DNA from: Nemertoderma westbladi
Lineage: Eukaryota > Animalia > Xenacoelomorpha
Reading direction: 5' to 3'
Length of the DNA stretch: 54,962 nucleotides
Assembly: GCA_032718475.1 (NCBI GenBank)
Contig: JAUCBJ010008972.1
Location: forward strand, 1-54,962
Positions 47,529 through 54,962 of this stretch are shown in pieces (positions within the stretch are counted from its first letter, which is position 1; each line of letters begins with the position of its first letter). Below the pieces are notes generated by a model. It saw only the letters and a list, made by a program, of their open reading frames with translations, ran no database searches and was not told where the DNA came from. The position numbers and the translations under genes were made by a program.

Positions 47529-48091
47529 AATGTTTAATTCAGCCTAATTTAATTGTTAATTAATCTAATTCTTGCTAATATTTTGCAGAAGTTTGATGTG
47601 AAATAATGTGACAATCTTTAATTGTTTTGTGTTAAATATAGTGAATGTGCAGTTCAATTTCGTTTATGTATAATATTCGAACCTACTTATAACCTAAGGC
47701 TAATGAACCAGTGGTGCCCTCAATGACTCACCATGACGCCTGTCGAGGCACAAGTTGCCTATAGGTTATAGACCTTGCTACATATTAATTAGGAGTTACT
47801 TCTATGATACCCCAAAGCAGCAGGCTCTCAATCCAGATCATGCATTAATGAACAATCTGTGGGGCCGATTGTCGATTGCGGGAGGTCGCAATTCACTTTA
47901 ACTAAGGACGCCGTTTTGATAAATTATACAAGTTATATTGAATGCAGCCTACGCGCAGCACGTCAGTGTCTAAATACATATTGCAAAGCATGATTACATG
48001 TTTCACCGCCTCTAATAGTAAATTTGACTACTCAACTTTCTACTAAGTATTCACTTTAGTAGTAGTGGTAGTAAAAGTGGCTCAGAGCCGC

Positions 48092-48235
48092 CTGCAGTTC
48101 TATAGTCTGCCACTAGAGGGCGTATTATCTGAAAGTTAACATGGCTGAAACTCGGTAGGCTGGCATAGGCTATAGGCTATAGTTTACCGAGGAGTTTGAT
48201 CAGCCCGCAGTTCTCCACTCTGCCGCTAGAGGGCG
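48092..48235 (+). promoter_or_regulatory. Two tandem extended CTCF-like motifs (a third degenerate copy at ~48351)
   Basis: CTGCAGTTCTATAGTCTGCCACTAGAGGGCG (48092-48122) and CCGCAGTTCTCCACTCTGCCGCTAGAGGGCG (48205-48235). Confidence 0.6.
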
Positions 48236-48393
48236 AATTGTCTGATAGTGAAAACCTGATCTCATTTGATTGTTTTTAATCCATTTAGACTGAAACTTGG
48301 TAGATATCTACGATGCCATAGGCTATACTTTACTGAGGAGGTTGATCGGTCCGCAGTTTTCCAGTCTGCTTCTAAAGACTACGATTTAAGACC

Positions 48394-49337
48394 TAAGGCA
48401 CAGACTATGCCTCTCACTGAGGCCCAGACTATGCCTCACTGAGGCTCAGACTATGCCTTACTGAGGCTCAGACTATGAGGCACTGAGGCTCAGACTATGA
48501 GGCACTGAGGCTCAGACTATGCCTCACTGAGGCTCAGCCTATGCAGCACTGAGGCTCAGATTATGCCTCACTGCGGCTCAGACTATGCCTTACTGAGGCT
48601 CAGACTATGAGACACTGAGGCTCAGACTATGAGGCACTGAGGCTCAGACTATACCTCACTGAGGCTCAGCCTATGCAGCAGAGGCTCAGACTATGCCTCA
48701 CTGCGGCTCAGACTATGCCTCACTGAGGCACTGAGACTCAGACTATGAGGCACTGAGGCTCAGACTATACCTCACTGAGGCTCAGACTATGTCTCACTGA
48801 GGCTCAGACTATACCTCACTGAGGCTCAGACTATGCCTCACTCAGGCTCAGACTATGCCTCACTGAGGCGCAGACTATGCCTCACTGAGGCATTGAGGCT
48901 CAGACTATGCCTCACTGAGGCACTGAGACTCAGACTATGAGGCACTGAGGCTCAGACTATGCCTCACTGAGGCTCAGACTATGCCTCACTGAGGCTCAGA
49001 CTATGCCTCACTGAGGCACTGAGGCTCAGACTATGCCTCACTGAGGCTCAGACTATACCTCACTGAGGCTCAGACTATGCCTCACTCAGGCTCGGACTAT
49101 GCCTCACTGAGGCGCAGACTATGCCTCACTGAGGCATTGAGGCTCAGACTATGCCTCAATGAGGCTCAGACAATGCCTCACTGAGGCTCAGACTATGCCT
49201 CGCTGAAGCATTGAGGCTCAGACTATGCCTCACTGAGGCTCAGACTATGCCTCACTGAGGTACTGAGGCTCAGACTATGCCTCACTGAGGCTCAGACTAT
49301 GCCTCACAGAGTCACTGAGGCTCAGATTATGCCTCAC
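48394..49337. repeat. 22-bp minisatellite (GAGGCTCAGACTATGCCTCACT) with 8-bp GAGGCACT insert variants
   Basis: About 40 copies. Each junction forms the palindrome GCCTCA-C-TGAGGC. Confidence 0.95.
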
Positions 49338-49625
49338 AGTTTGCGCTTATAGACCTATAACAGTTTAACCTGCTAATTTATATGTCTTATGATGTCTGAT
49401 AACCCGTACAAAATATGACCACAGCAGAAGCCAGTCTAGCATGGCCTATTACCCACCGTCTGTGGGAGACTGAATTCTATGGCAGATAATGGGTAGGCTA
49501 CTTTGTATTATTCGATTGATCTCTACTATATAATCTCCAAAAACTATGTTTATTTTTAGGGCAATACCAACAGTTCCTTTAGATGCGGTGCTTTACATAT
49601 CAGACAGAGTTATGACTTATACTAA
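49338..49625 (-). mobile_element. Diverged relative of the BEL LTR end (U5 side); right boundary unknown
   Basis: Collinear blocks shared with 14000-14320: GTTTGCGCT, AGACCT, CAGTTTAACCTGC, GAAGCCAGTCTA, GGGAGACTGA, TGTATTATTCGA.TGATC, TATATAATCTC, CAGTTCCTTTAG and ACAGAGTTA.GACTTA.ACTA. Confidence 0.75.
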
Positions 49626-51450
49626 TTAGAACAGATGTTGTGTCCTCTACGGTAGGGACTATCCTACGGCCTACAAATCTACTAATACGAAGCTATAGAA
49701 TATCTCTAACCGTAAAGTCCAGTAGTATACCGCTTACCAGATCCTAGTAACGATGTATCTTACTGTGAGACTCTAGTAATGAAACGGGTTCGTACAGTAT
49801 CTGACAACAAATCCCAGTCCAGGATATCTAAACAAACAGATACAATACACAAACTACTACTGGCGAGGAGCAGAGCCTAGTGTCTATTCTATGTACGTGA
49901 GCGGGTCTAATGCCTACGAACTAGACAAAAGGAAACCTGTCCTCTAACCGGTATGGCAGATGTACAGTTACAGTAACAGACCAAACTCACGGGAAAACAA
50001 TCCCCGCGCAGCGAATCCTAACTATCGCTAACAGTCCTAAATACCGTAACTTGCCGCGGTGTGATTTATATGGTTTATATACGAGCTAGGTGGTTTACGG
50101 CCCTAGCGTAACAATACTGATTCAGTCCTAAATCAGTCTAAAGAGGGTCGTGCCTAATGTAACAATACTGCTGAGCAGAAAACAACAGTTTAATAACGAA
50201 AATGAAATACTCCCTTTTGCCGTAACTAAATATCAGATCCTAAATTTACAAATACGAATGGTAAGTTATAGATATTCTGCCTAAAGTGATCTAAAGTGCG
50301 CTATCTAGTAGAGCTCTAAGGGTAAATGTGTTTTAGGGCGTGTGTGTGTGGGTGTGTTACGAATAAAACAATTTTGGTGTATACCATTTTACTAGGTTTT
50401 AGTAATTTTCTGACCGAAACGATACCGTGCGCTAGCTACTAAAATAAGCTAGTCGCGTTTTGTAGAACTTTATACTTACAAATGACATCAAAGCTCTCTC
50501 CTTCCTATCCACAACTCAACTGGGCAACCACGGCGTTAGTAACTACACCCGTGATCGGCACTAATACCAGATTCTGGTTGTAAGATAAGAAATAGGGGTT
50601 AATCGCTACCGTACGTTAGCTGATCTGGTATACAAATTTGATTCTAGAACTTTGTTGCCACGGTAGTTAGCAGCAAATACCTATCAGTACGTGGCAAGGC
50701 GCGGTAGGATATTAATAAAACCTCCCTAGGCCAAGCGGTGTGCCGGTAGCAGAAATACTCCTTGCCTGATCAAATAACTAACCTCAGGCAGGGGGGGGGG
50801 GGGGGGGGGTGTACTAATGTATACTCTACAAAGCGAACTGGTACCAAACGGTCAGTTTGCGAATTACTAAATTATGGAACATATGCTGTCTGTACCTAAT
50901 ATGTACTTGCGTACTGACGGACGGCAATAGCTCGCTTCTACCTGTGAGGTATACAGGTAAACCAGGGGTTCGCAGGACTGACAAAGGGGGTTTCTGCCTA
51001 AAATATAATTATTTGATCCTAAATTTTGCGGCGTCCCAGGACGGCGTCACGCTTGCCCTGATCTATAGGTCTTACGTCGGGCAAGGGTGTCGAACAAAGT
51101 CTTACCTTCCTCGGAAGTCGGGCGCTGCATGACAAGTGGAGTATTTCGTAGGGCGAAGGGGGTGCGCGGTCTAATCTAATGTGGGCGCTAGCGTGTTGTG
51201 GACATCCTTCCCCTGCGTTGCTGATGGCCTAACGGTCTAGGCGGCCATCTTCCCGATGTTTGGCTGTCCCAAATTTGGACCAAAGAAAAACATGTTCAGG
51301 AGTTTGCAGTGTATTTACAGTTTAGCAAAGATTTATCAAACAGATTTACAAAATAGTTTCAACAAGAAACAATTAACTAAGCAAGAATAACTAGTAAAGC
51401 AAGGTTAGTACAAGAGTGATAAGTAACAAGTGATAACCGAAGGCAAACCA

Positions 51451-51600
51451 GCCCTTTATATACTAAATCTGGGACATAGAATCTACTAGAACCTCCTAGA
51501 GTATTCCATGGCCTCACATTGGAGCAATAAGATGTTCTATGCCCTATGATTGGCCCAACTCATCGTTCGATACGTTGTACGCACCTCATTGGCTTACCAA
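51451..51600 (-). promoter_or_regulatory. Pol II promoter-like segment (TATA plus CCAAT boxes), probably within an LTR-like repeat
   Basis: Minus-strand TATATAAAGGG at ~51452-51462, with minus-strand CCAAT (plus-strand ATTGG) at ~51518, ~51549 and ~51588. Confidence 0.4.
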
Positions 51601-51642
51601 TTTGTACCAAATGAAAATAAATTGCCCCAAAATGCAAATTTA

Positions 51643-51711
51643 CCGACTGGGATTCGAACTCGTAACCTATCTGTAATGCAACCAACGCCTTAACCATCTG
51701 ACCACTACGCC
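51643..51711 (-). ncRNA. tRNA-like Pol III element (A and B boxes); tRNA pseudogene or SINE head
   Basis: The minus strand reads GGCGTAGTGGTCAGATGGTTAAGGCG...GAGTTCGAATCCCAGTCGG. The D-arm and boxes are present, but acceptor, anticodon and T stems pair poorly. Confidence 0.55.
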
Positions 51712-52739
51712 ACGAGAGTAACTCACCTACATCACCCTGGGTCTATAGCAATAGTGTCAACCGATAGTATGGACGTTTCAGACTTTAGCCCAAGAACATC
51801 TGATGGCTGGAGTTATAAGGACGTAAATCTATTAACTCAACAATCATATGACTGAACACATACTGACTGTTCACCGCACTGTTTTAATGCTGTTTTATAT
51901 TGTGTTAATTGCTGTTTATATTAATGGATGTTATATTTGGAGAATACCGATAAATAACCGTAAACCCCTCGACTTTCTTGATTACTGAGGTAAGCGGAGG
52001 AAGGGTCTACCGGTAGCAACTGTGACTCAAATTATAGTAGTTTTTGTGTGAATTAAATGCTATTTCATAATCCCTACGTGTGTCAGTTGAAATCTTCCTA
52101 ATATATGATAAAATTCAGTGACGGTCGGCAAATTAGTGTGAATTAGTGTAAAGTCGTGTGAAGGTTAATAAAGCATATCCTAAAGAATGCGCTATTTACG
52201 AAACTCTGTGGCCATTTAGTTGAGATTAGTGTAAATTGTAACTCTGTTTTATACTAAAAGCACCACGTCCCAAAGGATCTGTTAATATTTCCCCGAAAGT
52301 AAATATAGTTGTCAGAGATTATATAGTAGCAATCAATCGAATAATATATATATATGTTTTATTGACCAATTACGAAGTTTGATAAATTCAATATAGTAAC
52401 ACCAAACGCATTAGTCCAAATTATACAACTAGTAGGTAATTAATAGTATCACTTAAATACAAAGGCTGAATTATTAAATTATAACTTTAATCTAGTTCAC
52501 CAAAAGATAACTAATTATATGACTGACCTAGACACTATCATTAAGCCACAGAATAATCAATTTCATCAAATATTATTTTAAATTAAGGCTAGCTACATAA
52601 CATTACACCAAAATATATATTTCAATTAAATCATAAACTTAGTACACAGGCGTCTATTATAACCATTATACTAAAAATGCGAATAATATATAAATTTGAA
52701 CCAGAGAATTGTATTTCATTATAAAAACAAAAACAAATC

Positions 52740-54908
52740 AATCTTCAAGGATTCGTAGCACGTCAAAGATAAATTTAGCAAGCAAATCCATGTGTGCACA
52801 ACTAAGCACTGTTTCACAGGATTGAAAGTTTATTATATTTGTCAACGGTAACCTTAGAGGGGTGATAAAGGGGGCAATCAAGCAACACATGTCGTTCAGT
52901 TTGGACGGACCCGCATCGACAAATTCTTGAGCTCGCTGGTATTCGCGACCAACGGCCCGTTTCCACTGCCAAATGGGTTGACAGTAATTTAAATCGTGTT
53001 AAAGCAATGCGGTGCGGCTCCGAAATATGTGCAACATGTTGAACATGAAAGAGAGGACATTTCTGTAGTGATGGATTAAAATCACGGTAGACTAATCGGC
53101 GTGTTGAGTTACTATTTGAAACCCTGTCAATTAAGTTGTCACGAAATTGTTTTCCACTGTCTCCAGCGTCTAATAGTTTTTTTTACTGCTTTTGCCATAG
53201 GAGATGAGACAGAATCGGCAAGGCTAAGTGCAAACCACAGGAGTTCGTGTCTTACTGGGTCCTCAATCGCTTTAGCTAGGAAGTTTAGCTGTCTTTTTTT
53301 TACGATTGTTTCAACATCTAAAAGACCAGATTCAAGAAACATAAGGTCGTGGCAAACAGAAGATCGGACTCCAAGGGCACCCTTTAGCATTTCACAATAT
53401 TTTACATTAACACTAGTGACAGATGCACCTACTACTACTACTACTAGGATCGGCATGCTGCATTGCAGCTGCATTTTTAAGAATGCTGTGCCGGCTTGTC
53501 AACAAAATTGCACCGCCACAACTCCCTATCACCCATGACATTTGCTAGATCATGCCAGTGGCCATCAGGCCAGTGTCCTTTAAGATGCGTCTCAAGAAAG
53601 TCATGGGCTGTCCACCATGCTTATTCACTCCATGAGGCTGCCAATTGGCTTTTCCGCCCAGTAAGCAGATTGATCGATTTCCATGCCTGGGATGATTGCC
53701 TGCTGTCGTCAGCATCATTGATGGCATCAACCTGTTGGTTTAGTAGCTCCTGTAGATTAGCAGAGTACTGCCTGTTCAGGGACCTAGATGCAGCCTTAAC
53801 TGCATTCTTGGCCGCTGTAGTCTGTTTGAGTCGGGACTCTTTCTGCGCCTTATGAAGGTCATTTCGGCACTTCTGAATTTTGTTGTCAGTCCAGGGGGCC
53901 CTTTTCCTGTTTCGAGGGTATACAGGAACTGTTTCTGCAGCTGCTAACTTAACTGCTTCTGTAAAGGCAGTATAGCCCTTACAGTGATCTGCCGCCTCAG
54001 AGGCAAGAGCCTCATACCTGTTGCTCAGCTGTAGTGTGAAGCTGGATCTCACACTTGGCTGTTGCAACAGAGAGGACCAGTCACCAATCCAAGATTCACA
54101 GCCATACAGAAGAGCACTTGTTACACCAGCCCTCAGAACTTGGAGTTTTACACTTATTGGAGCCATAGTATGCTTAGACAAGAATGAATGATACTTTAAA
54201 ACGTGCTTTGATTTATCTTTTAAGTGCAGGTTAATAACATCTGAAATTCTCCCAGACTGAGCAATCGGAGAACCCAAGTAAACATAATGTAAACAGTTAT
54301 TAATTGTAAGGCTGCTATCAATTACTATAGGATTTAGATCATCGGCTACACCACCTATAACCATAAATTTAGTCTTTTTCTGGTTTATTCTTAGTCCAAA
54401 TTCATTACAAAACTGCACTAGCGCCGTTAGCTTCTGAATACATTTAGGCCGAGACGTGGCTAATATTGCAGAGTCATCGACTAATAACAGTGCATGAAGG
54501 GCATTCAAAAAACCATCTGGGCCGAGAGACTTCAAGAGTTTTATTAGTGGGTTAACATACAGAGTAAATAAGTGTAAGCTGGATGGCCCACCCTGCAAAA
54601 CTCCAACAGATATGAGGGACGTTTCATCTCCAATACACCCATAGGACAACCTATACAACTCCCGTAAGGCATTTAACATCCGCGTACCGCATCCCATATC
54701 ATGCAGCAGATCAATAAGCTTCTTCCTGTTGACGGTATCAAATGCGGCTGAGAAATCAACAAAAACAATGAAGAGCTTTTGCTTTGTAAATTTCGAATAA
54801 TTGATAATTAGTTGTAAAGTTGTTATTTGTTCTAAGCAGCCTCTATGCTTCTGTGCACCTGCCTGCTCCTTGTCTGGATTAGCCCATAGACGGATCCGGG
54901 AGTGTAAC
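52740..54908 (-). mobile_element. Non-LTR retrotransposon (possibly Proto2-like): RT plus C-terminal zinc knuckle, interrupted by a nested RTE fragment and cut by an LTR
   Basis: VDFSAAFD, GVLQGGPSS, LLLVDDSAILATSR, YLGS and LLYGCESW. It resumes at ~53429 (GASVTSV..GALGVR) and ends with AVETGRWSRIP..ICRC..HVLLDC. Confidence 0.8.
53430..54081 (-). mobile_element. Internally deleted RTE-like element nested in the LINE
   Basis: DWSSL..FTLQLSNRYEAL..AWKSINLLTGRK (EN-RT linker, homologous to 2100..3380) is joined directly to the RTE C-terminus and a (TAG)n tail. CACC is duplicated at 53426-53429 and 54082-54085. Confidence 0.8.
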
Positions 54909-54962
54909 TGTTCGCGCTTTCAGACCTTTGGCAGTTTAACCCACCAAATTAAGATGTCTTCT
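54909..54962 (-). mobile_element. Terminus of a third related LTR, running off the window
   Basis: TGTTCGCGCTTTCAGACCTTTGGCAGTTTAACCCACCAAATTAAGATGTCTT aligns with the first 55 bp of the LTR at 14000. Confidence 0.8.

Noticed and set aside
51643-51711. Functional tRNA gene
   Set aside because: Acceptor, anticodon and T stems do not pair. It is kept only as a tRNA-like element.

Overview
This is a eukaryotic, most likely bilaterian invertebrate, genomic window dominated by nested transposons and satellites. It is not a prokaryotic locus. Left to right: an RTE-like 3' tail; a BEL/Pao pol fragment followed by a degenerate 3'-5' exonuclease-like ORF; the 5' half of an RTE-like LINE; a decayed Ty3/Gypsy gag-pol; and a 57-bp satellite. 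The satellite is interrupted by a young 12.3-kb BEL/Pao element (1169-bp near-identical LTRs, AAGTT TSD, RT and integrase deleted) and by a 5'-truncated LINE (12-bp TSD). Further right are an ALDH3 pseudogene fragment, an IS3EU-like TIR element, a 68-bp array, an intact intronless GNB1L gene, a foldback element and another RTE-like LINE. Then come an intact intronless ORF fusing MMACHC (CblC) to an aldo-keto reductase, 18-bp and 22-bp satellites, extended CTCF-like motifs, and further LTR and LINE fragments. The best candidates for something new are (1) the MMACHC-AKR fusion, (2) a conserved, covarying RNA-like structure at the end of three diverged LTRs, where the one complete element lacks a canonical tRNA primer-binding site, and (3) a DEDDy exonuclease-like ORF linked to a BEL/Pao element. 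All family assignments come from motif recognition by eye. No database searches were run.
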